A stretch of DNA of 63,833 bases, the filler included, from Octopus bimaculoides (lineage: Eukaryota), in NCBI RefSeq assembly GCF_001194135.2. It is 5 parts of 5 records of this genome, joined end to end, with 100 filler letters (N's around TTAATTAATTAA, not from the genome) between each part and the next. Parts side by side here need not be neighbours in the genome. Positions count along the whole stretch, not along the records: positions 43,572 to 54,767 come from NC_068984.1; positions 54,868 to 63,833 come from NC_068987.1; 3 more parts are not named here. One strand, given 5' to 3'. The position numbers and the translations under genes were made by a program. Numbering within the stretch: position 1 is the first letter of the stretch; each line of letters opens with the position of its first letter. The notes beneath the pieces are model-generated. The model had not been told where the DNA came from. It saw only the letters and a program-made list of their open reading frames with translations, and did not search any database. Below, one piece after another: positions 52,961 through 63,833 of this stretch.

Positions 52961-53441
52961 GTCAATCTGTCTGTCTGTCTCTTTCTCGCTGTATATATAT
53001 ATATATATATATATANNNNNNNNNNNNNNNNNNNNNNNNNNNNNNNNNNNNNNNNNNNNNNNNNNNNNNNNNNNNNNNNNNNNNNNNNNNNNNNNNNNNN
53101 NNNNNNNNNNNNNNNNNNNNNNNNNNNNNNNNNNNNNNNNNNNNNNNNNNNNNNNNNNNNNNNNNNNNNNNNNNNNNNNNNNNNNNNNNNNNNNNNNNNN
53201 NNNNNNNNATATACATATGGAGATTTCGGTCACTAGTTTCTGTAGGTATTCGTTGGAAGTAACGGAACTGTGCTGTGTAATCGGTAACTCTATCGCTGGA
53301 AAAGCGATATATATACCTGGAGACACTGAGAACACTTTCAATATTCTACCTTAAATTGATAGTTATATCACATGCCATTTTAATACATACATACAAACAT
53401 ACCTACATACAGGTGTGTGCGCGTGTGTGTTTGATTGTCTG

Positions 53442-53507
<66 letters not shown>

Positions 53508-53776
53508 TGATCATGTGAGCGAGAAAGATGAAGACATATTTAAATCTATAATATGCGTTATTATAGAGGCGTAAAAACGGAGAGCAGACAGAAAAAGTAT
53601 TAAATTATATATGTATCAGATATTAACTTCGCTATTTGATTTCACACAAGTTTTCAATTTTATTGTTATAAATGGCAGAATTACAACACACCCCACCAAT
53701 ACCACAAACAACATACATACGTGTGCGTGTACACACACATACACACATATAACGTGTATTACAAAATACTTGATTC

Positions 53777-53827
<51 letters not shown>

Positions 53828-54399
53828 TGAGATCAAGTATTCTGTAATAGACATTTTTATATGTCTTTGAATAATCAAAAAACAGAAACATGTTTTGTAA
53901 ACTGTCTGTTATATTTGAAACGTTCCTTCAAATATTTCTCGAAAATCGATATTAGTATCTCTACAAAAGATTACCTTATTACACAATGTGCGTGTATAGA
54001 TAATATGAAGCAATTTTTAAAATAGAATTTTAACTGTTATCATTCAATGTTATTTCTTTCGAAGGTCTTTCAATTTCTTTTCCCATTGATCTGTTTTTCA
54101 TCTTTTATTCTAATATCTTTTCTCTTGTTTTAATTTCTCGGCTAGATAAATTATTTCTTCAAATTATTTCTAATGTCCTTTCATCCCATTTGCACTGCTC
54201 TAGAAAATTAACATATAGCTAACACACTAGTTTACATGTCAGTATTTATTTCACTCATTGTGTGAACCTATTTCCTCTTCCACTTAGCTAAAGTTATGTT
54301 CTTTAATCTCATTTAGATGATCAAGTCAAATAAAGCAAATTTGTAAGAAAATACGTTTTTAGTGAAAATCAGATTTTGTTATTATTGTTTATTGATAAT

Positions 54400-54767
54400 T
54401 ATATTAATAATAATAAACGCATTCAACACCAAATTAAGCTGCTTAGATCTGACATAGAATGTTTGAAAAACCTTAAATTTGACAAGAGTATCAAACCTAC
54501 AAAGACCCAAAAACTAAAGAAAAAATATAACATGAAAACCATAGTTGACATTGATGCCACCATAGAAACCATCAAGCAAAAGGTATGTGCTAAAGCTGCC
54601 CGCATAGCAAGGTATGAAAAGCGTGTTAAATTCTTCCGAGATAATAACATGTTCAAAAATAACCCCAACAATTTCTACAGGAAGATAGGGAAAACACCAG
54701 TAACAATAAAGTCTGTCCCATCAAAAGAAGAAGTGCAAGAATTTTGGAATAAAATCTGGGCAGAAGA
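54400..54767 (+). mobile_element. R4/Dong-type LINE ORF fragment (pre-RT region)
   Basis: ETIKQKVCAKAARIARYEKRVKFFRDNNMFKNNPNNFYRKI...PSKEEVQEFWNKIW; truncated by a scaffold join. Confidence 0.7.
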
Positions 54768-54868
54768 NNNNNNNNNNNNNNNNNNNNNNNNNNNNNNNNN
54801 NNNNNNNNNNNTTAATTAATTAANNNNNNNNNNNNNNNNNNNNNNNNNNNNNNNNNNNNNNNNNNNNT

Positions 54869-55170
54869 GTTCGTCCACCAGAGACCGAATGGTGGCTTTG
54901 TTGCCCTGTTGCGCCTCTGCCACCCGGGCCTCTCGCGCGGCTCCAACACCTTCGTTTCTTAGAGCACGCATCCTAGCCCTGACAACGCACCCTTCGTGTT
55001 TGGCGTTGAAGTGTTGGTCAAGGGCCAACCTCGCCGCCAAAACGTCGGATGCGATGCCACTTCTAATTGCCTCTTCTAGCTTCTTAACTAGCTCACCCTC
55101 TACTCTGTTTCTGTCTATGGCTAGTGCTTTGCTATACCTAACCGCTTCTGCTTTTATTGCTCTCTTGCAG
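54869..55170 (-). mobile_element. Tx1/L1-type LINE ORF2 fragment (endonuclease-RT linker)
   Basis: CKRAIKAEAVRYSK...KHEGCVVRARMR..NEG...AREARVAEAQQGNKATIRSLVDE; truncated by a scaffold join. Confidence 0.6.
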
Positions 55171-55182
55171 ATAGATCTATGC

Positions 55183-55199
<17 letters not shown>

Positions 55200-55244
<45 letters not shown>

Positions 55245-55900
55245 ATAGACAAGCAGGCGGAAAGCTAGCTTGATAGACAATCAGACTGATAGAGAGAAAG
55301 ACGGTCACCTAAACCGATAGCTAACCTAGCTAAAGACATAGAATATAGACAAAAGTTAGACCGATAGCTGGCTAGCTTGAGACAAAATGATTAAAAGCTA
55401 GCTGGACAGACAGATGTATAGACCGACAGCTTGCTAGCTAGACCGATAGCTAAAGAGATAGCTAGAGAGATAGATATTTGGACAGGACAATAGCAAGCTA
55501 ATCAGACAGATAGACCAATGGCCAGGGAGATAGACAGTCACATAGACAGGTAGATAGATTGAAAGCAAGCTAGATAGCCTGAGAGATCGATAGCTAGTGA
55601 GATAGACCGTTAGCTAGTGAGATAGACAGATAGACCGATAAGTAGATAAAATAAATAACCTGACAGTCAGATAACTAGATAATATGAACAGAGATATACC
55701 GATAAGTAGATAGACAGATAGCCCGATAGGTAGGTGAGACAAACAGGAAGATAGACCAATACCAAAATAATATAGACACAGATAGACTAATAGTTAGATA
55801 AGATAGGCAGAGACTGGTAACTATTTAGATAGACAGAGAGAAAGACCGATTGCTTGCTAGAAAGACAGGTGGATCAACGGACAAACTGATACACAGACAT
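55200..55900. repeat. Degenerate GATA/GCTA-derived low-complexity tandem array
   Basis: Recurring GATAGAC/GATAGCTAG/AGACCGATAG units following a (GATA)n tract. Confidence 0.75.
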
Positions 55901-56379
55901 AGCTTTCAACCAACAATAAGCACGCTTCGGATAACTTTCGTTGGCTATGTACCGCCTCAGCGAAAAGTTGAGTCACGGACAGACACTAAAATGAGTTAGT
56001 GCTGTGTTTCTAAAACCGAACAAAAACAAACAAATATCAGGGTTTCCCACGCAAAAACGTATTGAAACTTTTTGGCACTCCAACACTTTATTAATTAAAA
56101 GACAAAATAGATTCATTTTTTTTTTTCGCATTTATATAAATATTTTTTTCTTAGCTATGATGCTTGGACAAGTTTAAACAGTTTAAATATATGTATGTGA
56201 TCGATCTAAAATAATTTCTCGTAAAAAGAAGCTAATCGATAAATTATTTCTTACGTTTTCTGGTGGTAAAAATGGCAGTTTCGTTTGTTGAAGTATAACT
56301 TGTTTTAGTCTATTTCCTGTATAAGACTAAAAATAAAATAAATAAATAAATAAATAAACAAACTATCTATCTCTATATA

Positions 56380-56790
56380 TATCATCATAAATATACAGGG
56401 ATTAGCATTGAGTTGCTTCTCCAACATACTGAAAATTTAGAAATAGCAGTCAAAGAACTACTGATTCTAAACTACAAATTTTTCTCTAAACGGATGGCGA
56501 TATTTATGGCACACATAGAACAAAAAACCGGAGGGAAAAGCGTAAACAAAACAAGTCTTTAGTTAATTGGATACGAATCGTTTCATGGTTAAGCGAATGA
56601 AAATTTCACTATTCCAATCTTCAGTCCAAATATTCTGATAAATTTGGTGTCGCATGGCCAAAAATTACCGTGAATTTTTTTTAAAGACACTTTCAAAGTT
56701 TAGAATCAGTAGTTCTTTGACTGCTATTTCTAAATTTTCAGTATGTTGGAGAAGCAACTCAATGCTAATCCCTGTATATTTATGATGATA
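56380..56790. repeat. Perfect 94-bp inverted repeat with 223-bp spacer
   Basis: 56380-56473 is the exact reverse complement of 56697-56790. Confidence 0.9.
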
Positions 56791-57044
56791 AATGGTTTTA
56801 CCGATAAAGGTTTTTTCATACTGAACTACTTGGCAAAATTGTTAATTATTAATTCTATTATTAATTGACGATTCCCTGCCCTTATTCTTGTATATCTCTC
56901 TATATATATATGTAAGGTGGTACTCCAGCATGGCCGCAGTCAAATGACTGAAACAAATAAAAGGAATAAAAGGAAAAGGATATTTATATTTATGCATATA
57001 TACATACACTCACATACACACCCACGCACTCACATATATATGTG

Positions 57045-57135
<91 letters not shown>

Positions 57136-59799
57136 TTTAGTTGGAGCTGATTATTTAATTTAAGGATCATTAAAAAGCTGATTGGAATTAATAATGGGGC
57201 GATAAGCGATAGTTAAGAAGTAGTGCTAGTTTATTTAATACAGATAGTCTTAAAAAGCTAATTAAAAATATCATGGGACGAAGCTAAAATATTTTTAATC
57301 AACGATTAGCATTAGTTTTTAATTTAGTTTTCTCTTGCCCGAAATAAAGAGTTCAATATGTTGTTAGTAGTGTTTGCTGGTTCCTGTACGTTTGTGCGCG
57401 CACACATATTTATAAGTAGTTCCTCCTACGCTGTGTGCTTGTGTGCGAACACACATTTACAATTAATTCCCTCTAAACCAAGTGCTTGCAAACGTGCACA
57501 CACGTTTTATAATTAGTTCGTTCCAAGCTGTGCGCTTGTGCGCACGCACACATTTTGCAATTAGTTCCTACTAAGCTATGCGTCTGGGTATGTGCAAACA
57601 TGTTATACAACTGGAGACGGGAAGGAAAATTTGTGTTCACAAAATGTTCATCAGGAATTGGAATTTTTTTTTTTAAATTGAAGAAATTTGAGCGATGGTT
57701 ACTCGCATGGATGCGCACACATGTTCCAAAGAAAGTCAAAATTTCCACATAATGCAAATTTCTGTGCACATCTCAGAAAAATAAAAATTATAAAAAACAT
57801 TGGTTGTCAGTGTTAAGATATCATGGTTATGTTACACATGTATAAATTAAATAATAAATAATAATAATAAAAGTTTCTGCTTTTAATTACTGTTTTAATT
57901 TACTGTTCATTTTTTTTGTTATATTATCTAAAAAAAAAGACAACCCCAAAACAAGAACATAATTAAATGCCGGTTGAAGCCACAGGAAATAATAATATCT
58001 CTTTGCTTAATGTATTGGAAAATTATCACAGATTGACTTGCTTGCCTTCGAATGATATATGTAATCTATCTACAACAATTTCCTGTAACATGAAGCTAAT
58101 AAATAAATTATTTCTTACTTTTTCTGGAGGTAAAAATGTCGCTTTCGTATGTTGAAGTAGCCACGTTTTTATCTATTTCCTGTGCAAGATTCAAAAAGCT
58201 ATAAATTTGTAGTTTGCACAAGTATGAAATTATAAATGTCGCCATGGATCTATTAGATAAATTCTGTCATCTCTGTCTGTAACTTACTAGTCGCTGCTGA
58301 TTTGTACTAGCGATAATGCTATAAAAAATATTTCAAAATATTTACAGTTGTTTACTTCCATCTTTTCACTGTTGACAGAACGATTCTAACATCTGTTGCT
58401 AAAACAAGTGAGACCACATCTTCGTCACCCTTATCAATATTCTCTGTTGGTCTCGTTGTATTATTTATATGCCAGGTAACCAGCTCTTCGTCTGTTGGTA
58501 TGGTGTAAAAACTCTTGATCAACACCGTGGGTAATATACTCTTCAAACTGTTCTCCTGTTGCCTTGAACTGAGGGGTTACCTCTCCTTATTTAGCGGGAG
58601 CGCATCTACAACAGTAAAACCAGTTTTTTTTTAGAAACAACTGATGAGCATGGAAATCTTAAGACCTGTAACTAAATGAATACTAGCGTACTTCAAAACT
58701 ATGGTAAATATCTGTACCATTTCTTTGCATTACACTTTGTTTTATGAGTCATCAGTAACACATTGTAAAATGCAGACTAATTTTTTTACGAACCCTTGCT
58801 TTCTCTTTATCAATTAACTCTTAACTCTAAGTCACTTTCGTTTTAATCAGCTCACTTTACTCGACAACAACGCAAAAATGCAGCTTTGTATGGTTTAGCG
58901 ACACCAAATAAAAATTGCAGTTTGGTATATAATGAAACGAACAAAGAGATTTAGCAAAACAGGATATGGTGACGATATCGACATACAGGCCTATGAAAAC
59001 CAGTGAATTGGCAAACGAACAAAAATGTAACGAAAAAAAAACATAAACAATTACTATAAAACAGGATATGATGACGAAATCAGAATATAAAGAAAAGACA
59101 ATCATCAAATTGATCAATGGAATACGATAATATGTGAGTGATCAAAACGTTATTTATTAAATACAGATAGCAAATGCATGACTGACCAATAATGACAGAA
59201 CAACATACAAATTAGCGAATGAAAAGCGGGGGGAACACCTCCATAAAGTAACATTTTAGAAACCGGTTAATGAAAGAAATATACAAACCAGCTCTAATTA
59301 ATACAAAAGTAACTTGAAATACCCAACAAAAACAATTCATCAGCTGATCACAGAAGTATGATACAAGAACTGTAGAAATAAAAGATTTTTATTTAAATAA
59401 GCAGTAAATTCTACATAATTTATTAAATAATTTCATTTTCTTTCATTGACAAACTATTGCATTTAAATGTGCGTACATATACACTAACAGTTTTACATAT
59501 TTCCATACCAAAACTCTCAGGTTGGCATCCAGGGATTTCGCCATTACGATCTTCAGCAGATTCTGCCATAGCTATTGTAGCGAAAAATAAAGTTGTGTGT
59601 CTGTGACGTTACCTGTGATGTTTGACGTTAGGCTGTCTGTTGCTCCGAAAAGCAATAGTAAAAATATCACAATGTGTCTGCAAGTCGATTTTAACTCCAT
59701 CATTTTATTCGTGTGGTATGATTTATATAGTGATATTTCTCTGTAAAATATAAATTGCATCGTCTTGAACTATCATTTTATAGGATGGTTTTATTCAAG

Positions 59800-60075
59800 A
59801 TAGACCAAGCAAAGTCGGTAGATTCACCCATATGTTTTTTTTTGTAAAGTTCTCTGTTTCGCGTGTCTTTTTTTCTTTTTTACAGTGAGAGAGGGCTGTA
59901 GCCTTTTCTTTGCGACAGTGTTTGAAAGCGCTCATTTGATGGTACTTTCGACTATTAAATGTATTTTCTGTTAAGCCAATGTAAAACAATACTGTCGTTG
60001 TTTATTACTTTTAGTAATAGTGGTCAGATACAATGAGTTACTCAAGCAGTTTTTCTTCATCTAAGAGACACAGCA
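59800..60075 (-). mobile_element. Penelope-like GIY-YIG endonuclease fragment
   Basis: KNCLSNSLYLTTIT...(frameshift)YIGLTENTFNSR...SAFKH..KEKATALSH. Confidence 0.6.
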
Positions 60076-60280
60076 CAGTGTTTTGGCATTTCCGTTGTCT
60101 TCTTTTAGATTTATATTGTTTTGAGGATTTCTAGGTTTATGTAACGAATTCAATTTTTAAGATTGGCGTTTTAGAATTATTCTCTTGTATAGTGTTCCTG
60201 TTGAATAATTTATGAAATTTGTTGTTTTGTGGAAGTGTTATTTAGACTATATAGCTATTTAGAATAAAAAAGCTAACATT

Positions 60281-60311
<31 letters not shown>

Positions 60312-60529
60312 ATATGTATATCAATCAGTTTCATTTCTGTATTTCTTGTCCATAGAGAAAGAGCCGGACTCTAACATAGATTCAAGGCTCCTTCATTGGA
60401 ACTTTTATCAACATCATCTAGGTATTTGTGCATATGTGTGTGTGTGCAGTATTTGGTGTTAGTGTATGCACAGATTTGTATGTTTGTTTTATGGATGCGT
60501 TTTTATGTCTAGATGCATGCATATGTATT

Positions 60530-61750
60530 TATGTGCTAAATTTTTGGAAAGTTTTACATATCTTTACAGTTCCATTGATGGCTTGAATCTGTAGTCTTCT
60601 AATCAGCCTTTTTNNNNNNNNNNNNNNNNNNNNNNNNNNNNNNNNNNNNNNNNNNNNNNNNNNNNNNNNNNNNNNNNNNNNNNNNNNNNNNNNNNNNNNN
60701 NNNNNNNNNNNNNNNNNNNNNNNNNNNNNNNNNNNNNNNNNNNNNNNNNNNNNNNNNNNNNNNNNNNNNNNNNNNNNNNNNNNNNNNNNNNNNNNNNNNN
60801 NNNNNNNNNNNNNNNNNNNNNNNNNNNNNNNNNNNNNNNNNNNNNNNNNNNNNNNNNNNNNNNNNNNNNNNNNNNNNNNNNNNNNNNNNNNNNNNNNNNN
60901 NNNNNNNNNNNNNNNNNNNNNNNNNNNNNNNNNNNNNNNNNNNNNNNNNNNNNNNNNNNNNNNNNNNNNNNNNNNNNNNNNNNNNNNNNNNNNNNNNNNN
61001 NNNNNNNNNNNNNNNNNNNNNNNNNNNNNNNNNNNNNNNNNNNNNNNNNNNNNNNNNNNNNNNNNNNNNNNNNNNNNNNNNNNNNNNNNNNNNNNNNNNN
61101 NNNNNNNNNNNNNNNNNNNNNNNNNNNNNNNNNNNNNNNNNNNNNNNNNNNNNNNNNNNNNNNNNNNNNNNNNNNNNNNNNNNNNNNNNNNNNNNNNNNN
61201 NNNNNNNNNNNNNNNNNNNNNNNNNNNNNNNNNNNNNNNNNNNNNNNNNNNNNNNNNNNNNNNNNNNNNNNNNNNNNNNNNNNNNNNNNNNNNNNNNNNN
61301 NNNNNNNNNNNNNNNNNNNNNNNNNNNNNNNNNNNNNNNNNNNNNNNNNNNNNNNNNNNNNNNNNNNNNNNNNNNNNNNNNNNNNNNNNNNNNNNNNNNN
61401 NNNNNNNNNNNNNNNNNNNNNNNNNNNNNNNNNNNNNNNNNNNNNNNNNNNNNNNNNNNNNNNTATATATATATATATATATATTTGGAGTCAATGCATG
61501 AGTAGATTTGTACGGTTTGTTTTATGTATGTATCCTCGTGCATATGGTTACATGTCTAGACATGCGCGTATATACTTAAATGATAAACTCCTGGAAAGTT
61601 TTATAGATTCTTACAGTTCCAGTGATGGCTTGGATCTGTAGTCTTGGAATCAGCTTTCTTCTTTCTGGTTTTGAGAAGCCTAATTTCTCAATATTGGTAC
61701 TCAGGGCCACAATAATTACAGGTATAAACCTGTACTTGTTATCTGTATTC
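60530..61750 (-). mobile_element. Two 3' ends of one RLE-type (R4/Dong-like) LINE family flanking a gap
   Basis: 60530-60613 KRLIRRLQIQAINGTVKICKTFQKF* and ~61580-61750 RFIPVIIVAL...RKLIPRLQIQAITGTVRIYKTFQEF; similar but not identical. Confidence 0.6.
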
Positions 61751-61796
61751 TTGAAACTAAATGCAAAGAGTGCATGCATGCATGTATGTATGTATG

Positions 61797-61827
<31 letters not shown>

Positions 61828-61929
61828 GAATATGAATATACTGAAAATCGTCGATACTCTGTTACCCCATCCTCCCATTATAGACAACTCGGGCACCAAC
61901 CAGAGACCAATACTACCACCAGCATCAGT

Positions 61930-61977
61930 ATGGAACTAAATAGCCCACCATCAATTCTAGCACCACCGCATCCTACC

Positions 61978-62041
<64 letters not shown>

Positions 62042-62054
62042 CACCACCACTATC

Positions 62055-62091
<37 letters not shown>

Positions 62092-62715
62092 ACACCATCA
62101 CACCAAATTACACCTTCATTCCTATAACCCGCACCACCGTCTTTACTCCCACGCCAACACTTCTGCTCCTACACAGCCAACCTCTACTCCATTACCGACA
62201 CCATTATGCTCCACTCCTATCGCCACAACCCTANNNNNNNNNNNNNNNNNNNNNNNNNNNNNNNNNNNNNNNNNNNNNNNNNNNNNNNNNNNNNNNNNNN
62301 NNNNNNNNNNNNNNNNNNNNNNNNNNNNNNNNNNNNNNNNNNNNNNNNNNNNNNNNNNNNNNNNNNNNNNNNNNNNNNNNNNNNNNNNNNNNNNNNNNNN
62401 NNNNNNNNNNNNNNNNNNNNNNNNNNNNNNNNNNNNNNNNNNNNNNNNNNNNNNNNNNNNNNNNNNNNNNNNNNNNNNNNNNNNNNNNNNNNNNNNNNNN
62501 NNNNNNNNNNNNNNNNNNNNNNNNNNNNNNNNNNNNNNNNNNNNNNNNNNNCCATCACTACATCCACTACTTCTCACCATCACCAATACCTCCACCATTA
62601 CACTCCATCACCCCTACTATCACCGCCACCGCCACCGCCGCCGCCACCACCACCACAACCACCAACCCATTATTCTTTCTCACCTCTCCTGCCGCCGCCG
62701 CAACCACCCCCAACC
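61930..62715. repeat. (CCA/CTA/CCG)n trinucleotide low-complexity region
   Basis: Visible directly, on both sides of an N gap. Confidence 0.85.
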
Positions 62716-63581
62716 ACTAAAGTAACTATGTATGTGTCTACTTCTTCCTTCAAGTAATGAGATTTGTAAATCTACACCAAAGACTTGTTCTTCGTTCATT
62801 TCAAACTTTGAGACAGTTAATTGACGGAGCTGTTTTAGTTTAATGACGTCACCAATATAATTATCTCCGCTCTCCAACACCATCATCACCCTCATTACTA
62901 TTCATTGATCACTGATTTGTGCAAATCAACATCTGCCTGCCTGTCCGTCAGTCTATGTGTCTCTGTCGGCTGTCTGCTCTCAGTCTGCCTGCCTGTTGGT
63001 CTATCTATCTATCTATCTATCTAATGCTAAATTATCATAAAATACACCTCTCTAATAAACAATAAAGCTGTGCCCACATTCCGTAAATGTTATGCTAAAC
63101 TCTTGAACCAGTCCTTCTTTCTACCGCCATTTGTTGTTTAGAATGTTAAAACCACTTAATACGCCATTCCATTATCGCTAAAACTGCACAGGGGGGTGCA
63201 AAGAGACGTGATTAATATTCAATGCCATTCGTTTCCATTGTCTTTGTGTTCAAATCGCTTGCAATCTTGGTCGAAGTATGTTTAGCTTATGTTAAATCTC
63301 TGAGCGAGGTATTTAGCTTAGTTTCGAGAGAAATATGAAAAATGTGCCGCAGAGTAGTATGTTAAGACTGATAAAGACGACCTATGAGTAAAGACGTTCC
63401 AGATGTGACCTTTCCGTCTGATTATATAGATATTATGTCCAACATGCGGTTAATTCTTTCCTCTCTAGAGCGTTAGAAGTCTTGTAGTAAACAACGCTTG
63501 TCCACGAGGTATTTCTGTTGCTTTATATTTAATGTCATTTCCGACTGTTTTGAAAAGTAAACTGTGACATCTTTCTCTATT

Positions 63582-63637
<56 letters not shown>

Positions 63638-63666
63638 TGCTAGTTTGTTTCTTTCTTATGTGCTTT

Positions 63667-63703
<37 letters not shown>

Positions 63704-63757
63704 ATGTATGTATGTATGTACGTATGTGCGTACTACGTATGTACGTACATATGTATG

Positions 63758-63833
<76 letters not shown>

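Larger units (their letters stand above)
843..63833. repeat. Dispersed microsatellites: (TCT)n, (ATT/AAT)n, (AT)n, (CA/TG)n, (GA)n, (TATG)n, (GATA)n, (CTTT)n
   Basis: Dozens of tracts throughout; most N gaps are flanked by them. Confidence 0.95.

Noticed and set aside
694-62757. Many long ORFs in the track made of X, poly-I/Y/N/L or alternating CV/HT/YI residues
   Set aside because: Translations of N gaps and microsatellites with no coding signal.

Overview
Animal genomic DNA: AT-rich, extremely microsatellite- and SINE-dense, with many gaps. The repeat landscape suggests a coleoid cephalopod such as Octopus (inference). The dominant feature is the 3' part of one large + strand gene (1 to ~19.6 kb; 12 exon segments with consistent GT/AG sites and phases, ~1,890 visible codons, 5' end outside the window). 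It encodes an unusual class C GPCR: at least four tandem Venus-flytrap (ANF_receptor/PBP1) domains, short Cys-motif linkers at the junctions that are visible, no full nine-cysteine domain, then a 7tm_3-type domain whose TM2/TM3/TM7 motifs look more like GPRC5/RAIG than mGluR. Two coding stretches fall in N gaps. The rest is intronic/intergenic: degraded Tc1 and mariner transposons, a mariner-derived MITE, a complete non-autonomous Helitron, R4/Dong, RTE, Tx1/L1 and Penelope remnants, tRNA-derived SINEs, minisatellites, a perfect 94-bp inverted repeat and some weak candidate exons. Four 100-bp linkers (44N-TTAATTAATTAA-44N) mark artificial joins, so contiguity across them is unproven. No tRNA, rRNA or CRISPR array was found. 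Family assignments rest on motif recognition, not database searches.
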